DNA of 64,000 nucleotides, taken from assembly GCA_965153355.1 (NCBI GenBank), contig OZ231126.1, positions 39,432,001-39,496,000 of the forward strand, given 5' to 3'. Below are positions 27,984 through 40,699 of the stretch, in pieces. A program made the position numbers and the translations under genes. A model generated the notes under the pieces. The model made no database searches. It was not told the origin of the DNA and saw nothing but the letters and a program-made list of their open reading frames with translations. How positions within the stretch are numbered: position 1 is the stretch's first letter; each line of letters opens with the position of its first letter. This DNA comes from Flaccisagitta enflata. Lineage: Eukaryota.

Positions 27984-30591
27984 CCTCCCCTCTCTCTCAC
28001 CCAAGCGGCAAAGCCATCATGAGTCCGCCCTTTTCAATCATTCCTTGCTTTTCCTCTTTTCCATTTTTTTTTTTGCCTTAGTCAATATCGGCTCTCTTTT
28101 TGGTTTTTACAGCTTTTTCCATCTTCCTCGTTTCCTTTCTTCTCCGAGAGGAATTCTTTTTGACGTCAACACTTCTGAGGGTCATTTTCAGAGTCTTTAT
28201 GTTCTCGTGTCTATCATAGTTGACTCGGGACCATTGTCGATGACATTGCGCAATGATTGCTCCACGGCACTGTTACTGCCCTAGACGCCCCTTTCTTGTC
28301 GCATCATATTGTGCTGTTGTTTGTGCCACAATTTGCTGCACCATATAACATTAGTTTGGCACACCATCACCATGGATTGGTTTACCCTTCTCATTTACCC
28401 TTCTCTTTCCTCAGCTTTAGAGTAAATAAGGATAACAATTGAATAAACAACTCTGTTAGTGGTTTCTTTATTGAATATTTGTTTTTGTTTATTTTGTAGT
28501 TTTGTGTATGTTGTCAATTTGTCAGCTGTCTCAACCATACGCTTTACGGATTCTTGGTTAATAGGTGTTTGTTATTGTTAACCTCCCCCCCCCCCACACA
28601 CACATTTCATGTACCTTACGACTGAGACGGCCGTGTGTCCGATCATGATGGCCATCCATTTGATAATCAGTTGAATGCGCGCGACTCAATTCTGAAATGC
28701 TTCAACTCGAACCATTAATAATCATTTTGAATTACGTTTTTAACCAAATTGAGGCCTTGAGGGGTGAGCCTATGAGCGTGGGAAGAGTGAAACTAAAAAG
28801 GCAATTGAAATTCAGAGTTGCAACCGATGGGTTAAAAGCCCACGCTCGAGGGCGGCGGCGGCGGTGGCCTCATTGGCGGCGGAGGCGGATTCAGGGGGAA
28901 GGAGGAGGAGGAGGAGGAGGAAGATAAGAGGGGTGAAGATGAGGAAACGGTGGAATAAAGAGGATAATCAGTTGCCCGGAATCGATTCTTTCCCAGCATC
29001 ATAAAAATTCAAGGCAAGGAATTTTTTGCTGCCTCGAGTAAGGCTAAATCTCTCTGCGACTAAAAGTTGCTCTCAAATGAACCCTTTTAAGATTCGCAAT
29101 TTCGAACAGACATCTCTGTTAAAAGTCGTGTCCGTCAGTTGGTTTGTTGCATTGTCATTGATTGGTCAGTCGGTCCAAGCCCATAGAACCGGTGTCGAAG
29201 CATTTCCCGTTTGGCCCGTTAACTTTAATCTTCATCAAATGGTCATGTACTAACACTACTTCATTTAAATAATAGCCTTTTTGTCCATTATAAATTCCGT
29301 GCTTTTTCACAGGGCCGAATGCAAGACACACAATTCATTGTATTTTGATTTAAAATTCATCAAAATCCGTTCAGTACTTTAACCAATATAACATATTATT
29401 CATGTTCAACTTATCTTGTAAAAGCCATGGTATTCTTTTATTCGGATTCTGACTTAAACATGTAAGGGAGCAGTTCAAATTAGTTTTGTTGGTTTTTTGT
29501 CTATTTTCGGTCACTTCAGACTCAGTTCATATCCCGTTGGTCTAAATACAGATATTCTATAGATTTTGTTATATGGAAGCAGTATCAATAATTGTGAAAC
29601 ATATAGTATGGAGTAGTAATGTTGTCCAACTTTCATATGTTAACAAGGCCGGATACCCGAGTCGCGTGCGGGTGGGCAGTGAAAGAAAAGGCTAACCAAG
29701 CATTCGAGTAGGCAGTGATGCACAAACCGTCCATAAATGCCAAAAACGCTAAGCCTTATCATCTGACCATCGCACGGACATAGCGGGTTATAGAGTCGCG
29801 TGCGAGCGAATAAAAACTGGCTTACATTTACACGATGGAAAAAAAAACACGACCAAACACACGGCTAGCGCAGTTGTGTGTGGGTGGGCAGGGGCTTAAC
29901 TTGAGGTCACAAGAGTATTTGGATAGGAGCAGCAAGGTAAAAAGAGTAGAAAGACCGCAATGACGCCAAAATATCAAAGTGTGACCAACGGACGGGCGGA
30001 TCAATGGACACACAAAGCGGGGTTAGGTATAGAGTCGCGTGCGAGCGACCAGAAACGTATGGAGAATAAACCTGATTGTGCAACTCGACAAAGAGTGATA
30101 ACAAAAGTTCCTTGATTGCAACATGGCCATGGTATCATTTTTCAACCTCCCCCTTCATTTCTCCCCATAGCAGAGACTAAACCTAGATCGCAGGAAAAAA
30201 AAACAGAATGATCAGCTGGCAAGAAAGATCTTTGTCACTGTCGAAACGTCCCTTTACAGTCCCTGCCCAGCCGCACGTGACCAGGCTAGTTGTAAATCTG
30301 GTCTTCAGTAATGATTTCCATTCATTCATCCATTCATTCATTCATTCGTTCATACATTCATTCATTCATCGATTTATTCATTCATTCATTCGTTTATTCA
30401 TTCATTCAATTAGAAAATGATAAGTTGGCTTCATTAATTCAGAAGGAATAGGAATGAAAATTTAGAAATAATTCAGAAAATCTAAAAAATCAATTTATCC
30501 ATTAATCAATTAAACATGTTTTTATTCATTTATGTATTTGTTCATTCATTCAAACGTTCATTTTTCTTTATATTTTGTATTGACCTGCCAG

Positions 30592-30658
30592 ATCTGGGAG
30601 TCCATTGCCTAATCGTGACGTCGATGAACTGTGTTGGGACGCTCTTACACCGGCTCAG
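30592..30658 (+). CDS. RUNDC3: Probable RUNDC3-like exon 9
   Basis: Pyrimidine tract + ccag|, 67-nt exon open in the required phase (SGSPLPNRDVDELCWDALTPAQ), consensus CAG|GTGAGT donor; no homology support. Confidence 0.65.
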
Positions 30659-30751
30659 GTGAGTTGTAAAAAGATGTAGCAGAAATTCGAACCGAAATTT
30701 AAAAAAAAAAGAAAACACGCTATAATCGTTCTCATCGCTTTGTAGGAAATA

Positions 30752-31493
30752 CACTTTTTTCATTTTATAAGCACCAAGTTTATAAGCACGCCCAGCCTCA
30801 AATATTTGAAAAATCTAAGCACAATGCTAAGCACGCTCCAGGCTGAGAATTTCTATTGAAAAAAATTAGATGAAAAGAGTTAAAATTCAAAAACAATATT
30901 ATATTAGTATAAAAAATTTTAAATTCTTTGTTAAAGTTTTTTTTCAAAATTATTTTAATGATTAGAATTTACACTCTAAAATGATTTCAGTAGGTTTTCA
31001 TTTTAATACTTCAGTTTGTAAGAATACCTATAATCAGGCCCAACCTTTAATATATTCAGGATTTTAATATAGATAAAAGAATTTAATTTCATGAAATTTT
31101 TAAACACATTTCTTTTATTATTTAATCATATTGATCTGATACGTCGGTATGATTGTTAATTATAATTCATGTCTGTAACAAATTATATGTAAGCTCCACA
31201 TAAGAATCATTTATCATGATATTGAATAGTTTTTTAAAAAATTGTTTTATTCAATCAAGATACTTATTTATCAATAAAAGATACTGTAAATATTCTATAC
31301 TGAATATATTCTTTACTGCATTTTATTCTAAACTGTAATCTATGCTATACTACATTTTATACTGAATAGGACAATTTTACACCAATATGTGATAAGCACG
31401 CACTTTAGCATATTTAAGCCTCAAATGTAGGATTTTGCTAAGCACGCTAAGCCTCAGCCGAAAAAGGTGCGTGCTTATAAAATGAAATAAGTG
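30752..31493. mobile_element. Same MITE family as 25313-26065, opposite orientation
   Basis: TA|CACTTTTTTCATTTTATAAGCAC ... GTGCTTATAAAATGAAATAAGTG|TA. Confidence 0.75.
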
Positions 31494-32176
31494 TAACTTA
31501 CTACCTCATCAGCTGTGGTTTTGCAAGGACGCATCTTGAAGAAAAAAAAGGAGGAAAAACAAGGGAGAAAAAGAGAAGAAGAAGAAGAAGAAGAAGAAGA
31601 AGAAGAAGAAGAAGAAGAAGATGAAGAAGAAGAAGAAGAAGAAGAAGAAGAAGAAGAAAAATTATAACCAACAAGTCAGTCCGGGCATCTCGATGTGCCA
31701 TCTGAGCGCGGCTGACATATGGACGGATGGACAGACCTCCTTATAGCGATACGATGACGTATCTTTAAAAGAACAAGGCCGAAATGCGACCTACAGATGC
31801 GACCTTGGCGTTATATCCTGCGACTGAGCTTTTTATCGCGCGCGCCCCAGAGAGGAAGACACGGAGAGAGAGAAAGAGAAAGAGAGAGACTTGCTTGATC
31901 TTGCCCGATTTGGCTCTATTTTACATCAATAAAAAAAACGCCACGGACGGATGGACTGACGGACCGACGGATGGACAAAGCCTCTTATAGAGATGCGAGG
32001 ACACATCTAATAAAAACCGAAAACAATAACACCAACAGCACCTATTGGTCCGTAACACTAGCGACATGATCACATGGAACAGACTATTTCGACGTCTTCA
32101 TTTCTTTGACTTAGCATGAATTCTTAGTCTTACTTTCATTCATTCATTCATTCATTCATTCATTTATTCATTCTTT

Positions 32177-32450
32177 CATTAGAGAAATCAGAAGCCACTC
32201 TTTCAGTGTTATCAATTCCCGCGATAATAGTCAGAAAATATGTATCCAACCTTGACAAAGAAAAAACCGCCAACAGTTCTTATCCTCCTTTATCATTATT
32301 TTGGTGATCCAGGTTTATTTCAGCTCCGTTTCGAAAATAGAAATTAATGAAAGATTTAATCTTTAAAGTTGAATCACGTATGAGAGCAAAGTTGATAATT
32401 TGCTTAAATAGACTAACTTTTTTCAAGAGTGGCTTCTGATTTCTCTAATG
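32177..32450. mobile_element. hAT-like MITE
   Basis: Perfect 26-bp TIR CATTAGAGAAATCAGAAGCCACTCTT; 8-bp flanks CATTCTTT/CATTCATT (7/8 match, but within an ATTC microsatellite). Confidence 0.75.
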
Positions 32451-33139
32451 CATTCATTACCGATAAAGGCGGCTAATCGCCGTAGGAAAAAAGTTGTAAA
32501 TGTCGAGAGAAAGAAACAAAGAGAGAGAGAGAGAGAAAAAGATAGAAAAGCAGAGAGACAGAGAGATAGAAAGGCAGAGAGAGAGAGAGAGAGGCCACTT
32601 GTTCATCATCAAAAACCATGAGCAAGTAGGGTGAGATGCAAGTGACCTGAATACTAGCTTCATAAAAGCTAGTCAATGTGCGTAATAAGCCGACTTGTCT
32701 TTTCCGTTACATAGGGCTTCAAATTAGGATCAATGAAAAATATTGATCTTCAGCAAAAATGTGAATAATGCAAGAAAACAAGGCTGGATACATGGCCAAT
32801 ACTGCTCGGGCAAAGGCTCTTATAGAGTTGCGTGTCTGCAACTAAAAACAAAAGATTCAAAAAATCATAGCTCCATAACTGTCGATCGCACAGAATTTTG
32901 TCTCACGTCATCTGAAAGAGGAGAATTAGCTCATTCTTAGCTGTTAAATTTATGCGTAGTCCTATTTGGCTAAAAAAACACCAACTTTCCCAAAAGCACC
33001 ATGAAAAAAAAGGAAATCCAAAAAGCTCTGTAGGTCTCAAAAAGCCGAAGGTATTCTTCGACTTTTTTCCAAATTAATGTTTTTGTTCGATCATATGTTC
33101 TTGATTAGCGCAAATATTGGCCATAACTTGGCCTACTTC

Positions 33140-33270
33140 CTTTCTTTCTTTCTTCCGTCTATCCTTCCTTCTGTCCGTCCGTCCTTCTTTCTTTCCTTCC
33201 TTCCTTCCTTCCTACCCTCCTTCGTTCCTTCCTTCCTTTCTGTCGTTCTTTCTTTCTTTCTTTCTTTCTC

Positions 33271-33358
<88 letters not shown>

Positions 33359-33418
33359 TGTTTCTTTCTTTTCTTTCTTTCTTCGTTTCTTTCTTTTCTC
33401 TCTTTCTTTGTCTCTGTG

Positions 33419-33493
<75 letters not shown>
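33140..33493. repeat. (CTTT)n/(CT)n polypyrimidine microsatellite
   Basis: Directly visible; similar tracts at 27500-27980. Confidence 0.9.
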
Positions 33494-33496
<3 letters not shown>

Positions 33497-34458
33497 TATG
33501 ACTTTTTTGAGAGCTAATACTCGTTGATGTAGGCGTCGGTCTCGAAACATACAGGGAAGATGAGGAGGAAAGGGAGGAGCATATGAGTTATTTTTAGAAG
33601 TTTGCCGCCGAGCCTTTTTTTCGAATTTGTCGGTGAGTGTATCTACTTCCGCGTTTGACCGACAGAGGGAGACGGCGGAGATGTAGAGGAAGGAAGAGAG
33701 GAATAGCGAGAGAAAACGGATGAGATTAAGAGAGGCTAAGGGCGAGGAAGGAAGTGAGGGAAATAGAGGAAAGAAGAATGAGAGAGAGAGAGAGAGGGAG
33801 AAAAAGAAAGGAACTAAGGGAGAGAGTGGGAGACTCATGGCGTTAGGCAAAAAGGGAAGGGAATCTTTGGGGCTGTTGGCGCTGGGAGGGTAGGAAGCCC
33901 AGGTGAGTGAGGCATCTGTCAGATAGAAAAATGAGAAGAAAACTGGAACGATCCTCTAAAAACATTTGTGTCCATCCCAGTGTGAAGAACATGTTACTAT
34001 CCTAGATTAAAAAATCTTTCAACCAGAATACCGAAAACTAAGCCTCAACTTAATGGCACTGCTTCAAAACGAGGGAAGGCTATCAGATTGCGCTCAGTTT
34101 AGATGTTAATTCTATCTGTATCTTAAATCTTTTTAAATGCAGACATGCAAAATCTCACACCATCATTAGATTGCAAGCCACAATCAGCGCGCTATTCAGT
34201 AACTCACTATGTTTGTCTGTCGTTTGGTTGGTTGGTCTGTTGTTTGGCTTATTGCACTTTGCTTTTGGTTTTGCATGTGGATTTAGCGTGGTTTCTGCAT
34301 CACTAACATGCCCAAATAGCCATTGTTATATATAACAGCCCTTGCACACCCGCATGCACCCTTGGTAGCCATTTATCCGGCTATGTTACATTAAGGCCCC
34401 TGCCATGTCATCTGCGTGAGATGTTATGTACTCTTCCTTGTTGATGCTTTGTTTTCAG

Positions 34459-34527
34459 GTGGAAAGATATTTTGTCCAAGATAGTGCTCCAATGAGGCTC
34501 CATCCACCTGCAAAGGAGAAGACGTAA
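34459..34527 (+). CDS. RUNDC3: Probable RUNDC3-like terminal coding exon
   Basis: tttgttttcag| acceptor; phase 0 reads VERYFVQDSAPMRLHPPAKEKT*; total CDS 1419 nt (472 aa), typical RUNDC3 size. Inferred from signals only. Confidence 0.5.
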   Translation: MERYFVQDSAPMRLHPPAKEKT

Positions 34528-34627
34528 CTCGATATATACGCTGATGACGGAGACCGAGGCTCTCGACGCCAAGTCAACTGCAACTTGACGTCATAACAAC
34601 TTTATTTTTATCTCCGAGTCTTTTTTT

Positions 34628-34989
34628 AGTCGCGTGTTACGCGACTATGTAAGCCACTTTTCGGTCCGTCGGTCCGTCGGTCCGTCCGTCCGTCCGTCCA
34701 TCCGTCCATCGGTCACAAAGTTGTTTAAAAGGCGTTAAAATCGTTTATTTGTTCTTGTTCTACTCGTCTTACAACATTGAGAAAAGAGGAAACGAGACAC
34801 AATTACTACAACGGTGTAATCTACATCAACATAAAATCGTTTAAGACATTATAAAGGTTTTAGGGTATCAATAAGAACTTGTTGGCTAATTCAAAGGTCA
34901 TTTTCGACATTTTAGTCTGTCTGCCTGCCTGTTTGTCCGACCTTCTGTGAAAATGCCGACGCACGCGACTTAGGTCTTATGACCTTGTT
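34628..34989 (+). mobile_element. HINE-like element
   Basis: T-run then AGTCGCGTGTTACGCGACT, (GTCC)n, 3' GCACGCGACT..GACCTTGTT. Confidence 0.65.
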
Positions 34990-35049
34990 TCTTTCGCTAC
35001 GTCGAACGGCTCATCACTGCACTATCGCCGTCATTAGATTGGTCGTCTT

Positions 35050-35125
35050 TGGCGTCGTCATCGTCATCATCGTCATCATCGTTATCTTCAATATCTTAAT
35101 TATAACAATCATCATCGTCATCGTT

Positions 35126-35176
<51 letters not shown>

Positions 35177-35308
35177 GTTCATCTTTATCGTCATCTTTGT
35201 TTTCATAATCATCGTGATGATTATTATTCTTTGATTCTCGTTATCGTCATCCTCAACAACGACAACAACGTCTTCATCATCGTCATTAAAATCGTCATCG
35301 TCATGATT

Positions 35309-35384
<76 letters not shown>

Positions 35385-35415
35385 ATGTTGTCTGGCACCA
35401 TCGTTATCATCATTA
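35050..35415. repeat. (CAT)n microsatellite region
   Basis: Directly visible; degenerate version at 55975-56700. Confidence 0.9.
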
Positions 35416-35465
35416 CGATCGCCATGGAGCCCAAAATCCGATTTAGCGTTGTGTTCACAATACTA

Positions 35466-36712
35466 CCGGGTGTTCAATCTCGACTGGGAAAAAGTATTAA
35501 GCTTTTACTCTGACATGCTTTTTTTCATTGACCTGGAATTAATTTTTCTATGCAGTACTATGTTTGACGTCTTTTGTATCAAAATTTCATTGGTCTGTGT
35601 CAAATATTTTGACCACGACATTGATTTGAAGTAAAAGAAGCATTTTCTGTTGAAGCTTAATTTAGCCTTAATTCATCAAAATAGTTTTTCTTTGGTTTGC
35701 TCTTATTTCGCATTGGATTGAGCAGCAAATTTCAGATTGGTCTTGGCTGAAGATAACGGGTGGTCAAAAAAAAAGTGACTTTTTCATTTTCTCATTTATC
35801 TTGTAAAATAATGGTTAGAGTAAAATTTCTTTTTTTGCTAATAAGATATGGTGCAGGACAATTTTTTTCATTATTATGATTTTTGTATATCTTCTATACA
35901 TTTCAAGTTATTTACAATAAACTGATTTTGATTTTGGACCGCCTTGATTTTTACCAAAGATTTTTTGTAAAAAAATTTAAATTTTTCTATAGATTCACTA
36001 TCTATAGTTAAGAACAACTTAAAAACTGATAAAAAACCTAAAAAAATTTTTAAGAATACAAACATATAACAAAACAAAAAATACTTCTAAAAACATTGTT
36101 TTATTTTCTAGTCAAATCTTTTAAACCAAAGCTTGAAGGCTTATGAATAATAGTATTTATTTCAAACAGGATTTAATAAACATAATTGTTTCTTAAAAAC
36201 AACTAATAATCTATATTATAACCAATTTATGCAAACATTTCACTTTTTTGTATTCATATAATTATGTGTTTTACAAAATTGAAAAAAATCAATTTTTCTA
36301 TACAGTTTACTTCATTTTTAAAATATCAACTCATAAAAAAAATTTCAAACTTATTGGAAAAAATTCTAGCTTAGTCACTTTTTTTTTGACCACCCGTTAT
36401 TTGTAATGAATCTTATGATACATCTTTATTTCATGACTATTTTGACATTTATAGCAAAATCCGACTAAAAATGAGAGAAAATATGAGAAAAATGATTCTG
36501 ATGAATAAGGGATAGATTGAGCTCCAGCCACGAATACTCGTTTTACTTCAAATTGATGTTGTGGACAAAATATTTGACACAGACCAATACAATTTTGACA
36601 CAAAAAAACGTCAAACATAGTACTACATAGAAAAATTATTTTCAAGTCATTGGGGAGAAGTATCTGAGAGCAAAAGCTTAATACTTTTTCCCAGTCGAGA
36701 TTGAACATCCGG
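35466..36712. mobile_element. TA-flanked long-TIR element containing a nested MITE
   Basis: TA|CCGGGTGTTCAATCTCGACTGGGAAAAAGTATTAAGCTTTT and reverse complement ending 36712|TA; ~270-bp arms. Confidence 0.85.
35756..36397. mobile_element. Nested Tc1/mariner-like MITE
   Basis: TA|ACGGGTGGTCAAAAAAAAAGTGACT ... AGTCACTTTTTTTTTGACCACCCGT|TA. Confidence 0.8.
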
Positions 36713-38387
36713 TAGCCATAACACCACATTCTAAGCTTTGATGCAAGTAGATACAAGCGCAGAGACTAAATTTCCCAGCCTGGCTTGACCTGGGCCAAAA
36801 TTACCCTGTGAGGTCAGAATCACATGACTTGTCATTGTCGAGGCCAATGCCCCTCATCTCTGGCCACTACGTACCAACAAATAGTCACTGAGGGCCGAGG
36901 GCATCGGGTAACGGTGACTTTTGGACGCAATTACCTCTCTACATCCACCATCCCCCCTCCTTGGCGAGGGGGCCTTTTTCTCCTCGCTTTCCTCTGCCTC
37001 CACCGCTTTTTAGTTGCGGACACGCAACTTTATAAGAGGCTTTGTCCGTCCGTCCGTCCGTCCTTCCGTCCGTCCGTCCGTCGGTCTGTCCGTTGGTCTG
37101 TGGACATGAGTTGAAAAGTGCGAAAATTAGCGTTTTAGATAGTTTTTGTGTATGTGTTGGGGGCATGGGGTATGAACAGGGGTTGGATGCCCCTGCCTAC
37201 CAATCCGCATCGATATTGTGACCCCGCGTCACTTGCTTCCATCTCGATGGGATAAAAATTCGAGACATTATTTCTTCATGAATTAGTGATGGGCTTGAGT
37301 GTCGAAGGTGCTTTAGATAAGATGTCTCTTTTTCCCTTGGAACATGATGCTCTTGAATCTTTCTTTTTCCCTGAATCAGTCTTTTCATCTTTTTTCTCTC
37401 TTTTTTTTCGCCTCATATCAGCTGAAGAAAAAACCTAAAAAGATCGTTCCCCCGAAAAATGGCCATCATCGTTTGCCAGGAAAGGAAACAAACATACAAA
37501 AAGGAAAGAGGCTGTTCATGTTTGTTTGGCCGTTTACTTATCCAATATCCATATGCCAATGCATTTGCTCTTGAACCGGCTGTCTATCTGCCCCTTACAT
37601 CGACCATCTATTTGCTCATCGTTCAAGTCCCATATTTGCCCAACTTTTAGGACATCCATTCACTTTCGTTCTCAAAACCTGCTAATTAATTTGTCCATAA
37701 GCGCATTCACATATTTTGTTGTCTGCCTCTATTTGTCCATTTATCCGACTACGAAACACGCTACTGATTTAACCAACCATCTGCACATCCATCTATCAAT
37801 TGATCAGTTGTTCTTCGACAGGTCCATCTTCCCATTTCTTTGTCGGACCAATCAGCCATTCATCTATTCACCAGCTATCTGACCAACCCCTTTGACAAAC
37901 CTTCTGAGCAGTGGCTAGTTGCCACAAATCCGGCCATCCACCGGACCAGTGCTCTGCCACCTGTCCATCTATCTGCATGTTCCTTGTCCCGTCGCTCAGT
38001 CGATTTGCAAAGGTTTGGAAAGGCAAAATGACTAAGCAATAAGCAAAGGAGAACTCTTCTTCGTCTCGCTCCGTTTGTTGGCTTGATTGAACGAGGAAAC
38101 TCACTCTATTTTCAAGGTCTTCTAACTTAGCCATTCCCTTGCGATATTGATTTCTTTTTTTTTCAAGAACGTTTTTTTTTTTATGAAAAAAAAAAGACCG
38201 AAAACATTTAACCATGTTCCTCGCAGATAGGCAGATACAGTTATTGCATAAGAAAGTCAGTTGTGCTTGTACACGGGAAGGTGGGGGGGGGGGGGAAGTG
38301 GCGGTTTAGGCAGGAAGCACTATAGAGCAAGGTGTTAAGTCGACGGTAAAGGGTAACCGACGGACGATGAATGTTGTTGTATACGTA

Positions 38388-38950
38388 CAGTAGATCTCGT
38401 CTAGACTTGAGATAATGGGGGCAAGCATTGTAGGAAAAAAAATAAAGCCAGGGGAGTGATAGTTCAAAAATAGACTAATAACGGGATGCTTTATTGCCCA
38501 TGATAGCTGGTTGCCATGGAAACACATTTCCATGTATTCTCGCTAAAGTATCAATATTTTGAGAGATTTTTTTAGGGAACATTGCTTAAAATAAAATTTG
38601 CTACAACTTTCCCACAGTATATACTGTAAGAATGTCGCTCGTTTAGCAGTTGCTAGGGGTTGTCACACATAGATACGCTCCCTAGCAACAGCCAAACGAG
38701 CGACATTCTTACAGAACATACTGTGGGAAAGTTTTAGCAAATTTTATTTCAAGCAATGTTCCCTAAAAAAATCTCTCAAAATATTGATACTTTAGCGAGA
38801 ATACATGGAAATGTGTTTCCATGGCAACCAGCTATCATGGGGAATTAAGCATCCTTTGATTAGTATGTGATCCAAATATCGCTCCCCTGCCTTCATTCAT
38901 CTTTCCACAATGCTTGCCCCCGTTATCTCAAGTCTAGACGAGATCTACTG
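38388..38950. mobile_element. Fully palindromic Tc1/mariner-like MITE (563 bp)
   Basis: TA|CAGTAGATCTCGTCTAGACTTGAGATAA...TTATCTCAAGTCTAGACGAGATCTACTG|TA. Confidence 0.9.
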
Positions 38951-39010
38951 TAGTTGCGGACGAGAAGAGGCTAAGAATAAGATGGAATTCGAGGAATTTC
39001 ATGTCTCCAG

Positions 39011-39011
39011 C

Positions 39012-39100
<89 letters not shown>

Positions 39101-39281
39101 AAACAGCGACAACAACAGCAGCAGCGACAACGACGACGACAACGACAACAACGACGACGACAACGACAACAACGACGACAAGTCAACAACAACGACAACA
39201 ACGACGACAACAAGTCAACAACGACGACAACAAGTCAACAACGACGACATCAAGTCAACAACGACGACAACAACGACGACG

Positions 39282-39348
<67 letters not shown>

Positions 39349-39425
39349 CGACGACGACGACGACGACGACGACAACGAGAATAATAATGACATCATTATC
39401 AGAAGCGGAAACAACAACAGCAACA
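39011..39425. repeat. (CAA/CGA)n microsatellite region
   Basis: Directly visible. Confidence 0.9.
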
Positions 39426-39704
39426 GGCCAAAATTTCAGCCTCGAGGCTCGAGCCGGCTGGCTCAAATGTGAGCCTCAAAGCTCAATCCTTGGCCTTGAA
39501 CCTAAATTCCTGATTCATTAGTCGTTACTCGTTAGTATAGTATGTCGGTCGGTCATGTCAGTCCGTCACATCATTGAAATTTAGTCAACCTAAATTTTAC
39601 ACGTAATGAGGGTAAATATGTAATTATATAGCTAAGTATGAGCCAGTAAGTGAATAACAGAGCATGCGACTGTTGCCTTAGTGGGCTTATTCGTATAGAT
39701 TTTT

Positions 39705-39984
39705 AGATGCGTCCTCGCATCTCTATAATAGGCTGTGTCCGTCGGTTGGTTGGTTGGTCGGTTGGTTGGTCGGTTGGTCGGTAGGTAACGCATTCATTAA
39801 AAACATCGAAATCCAGTATTTTTTCAACAGAAAAGTGGTTCTAACCCACTAAAAGAAGCATACATCAAGTAATTCATTCATTCAATCATTTATTCATTCA
39901 CAAATGACATTCATTCGTAAAAATCATTCATTCATAAAAACATTCATTCAAAGAGGACGCATCGTTGGCCTACTTGGCCTTGTT
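39705..39984 (+). mobile_element. HINE-like element (AGATGCG subfamily)
   Basis: TTTT-AGATGCGTCCTCGCATCTCTATA, (GGTT)n, 3' GAGGACGCATC..GGCCTACTTGGCCTTGTT. Confidence 0.7.
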
Positions 39985-39999
39985 TTCCTCCATCTTCTC

Positions 40000-40053
<54 letters not shown>

Positions 40054-40476
40054 GTATTCGGTTCCGAAGATGATTTGACGACGTCTTCGGGGCTTCGAGG
40101 CTTCCTCGAGAATGAGTTGAAGTTGGAAGGCGTCCTCAAGGAGTCGACGCGCGGAGGTCAATCGGGCGCCTCGACGGGCCTATCAAAGGCGGAGAGGAAG
40201 AAGTTGCTTCCGGAGAACAGTTGGTTGAAGACGCTCTACCACGAGATTTCTTCGGGAGAAAAGCAAGACAACGAAGAAAGTGAAAAAGCGCGACTTTTGC
40301 GACGCGTTGGAGACGCAGCGAAAGACGCCGCTAAAGATGCCGCAGCGGGTCATCAACAACAGCTGCAGAATCAGCAACTGCATCCTAATCATCAGCGAAA
40401 TCTGCTGCAAGACGACGATGACGATCGCCTTCTGGACGGCGACGTTGGATTGGATGAAGATGGAGAACAAAAAAAG
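40054..40476 (+). CDS. Uncharacterised protein, internal exon (upstream exon not identified)
   Basis: (CT)n-cag| acceptor, 141 GC-rich open codons (VFGSEDDL...DEDGEQKK), AAG|gtaaaa donor, phase 0/0, in frame with 40700. Confidence 0.85.
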
Positions 40477-40699
40477 GTAAAAAACAGTATCTTTTACTGC
40501 ATTATTATCGTTCGTTCATTCGTTCGTTCGTTCTTCATTCTTTTGTTCATTCATTCGGTCATGTCCATTCGCTCTTCAGTTTTTTTATTAATTTGGTCAT
40601 TTACTTATTCATTCGTTCATGCATTCATTCATTCATTCATTCATTCATTCATTCATTCATTCATTCAATGGTCAATCTATTCATTCATTTAATTCAAAG

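Noticed and set aside
28080-28400. Coding-like stretch on the minus strand
   Set aside because: Stops in all frames within ~40 codons and no identifiable family.
33837-33902. ATG plus CAG|GTGAGT donor as first exon of the 40054 gene
   Set aside because: An in-frame TAG lies between the ATG and the donor in the phase-0 frame.
34540-34575. CTGATGA followed by a short stem, as a possible hammerhead ribozyme
   Set aside because: No GAAA after stem II and no stem I/III pairing found.
37277-38134. Minus-strand mini-gene: MAKLEDLENR|GTGAGT plus a Lys-rich exon after ttcttcag near 37422; also resembles the LINE ORF1 LEDLENR motif
   Set aside because: The two pieces are phase-incompatible, the LINE motif does not continue (no SRRNN), and no homology was recognised.
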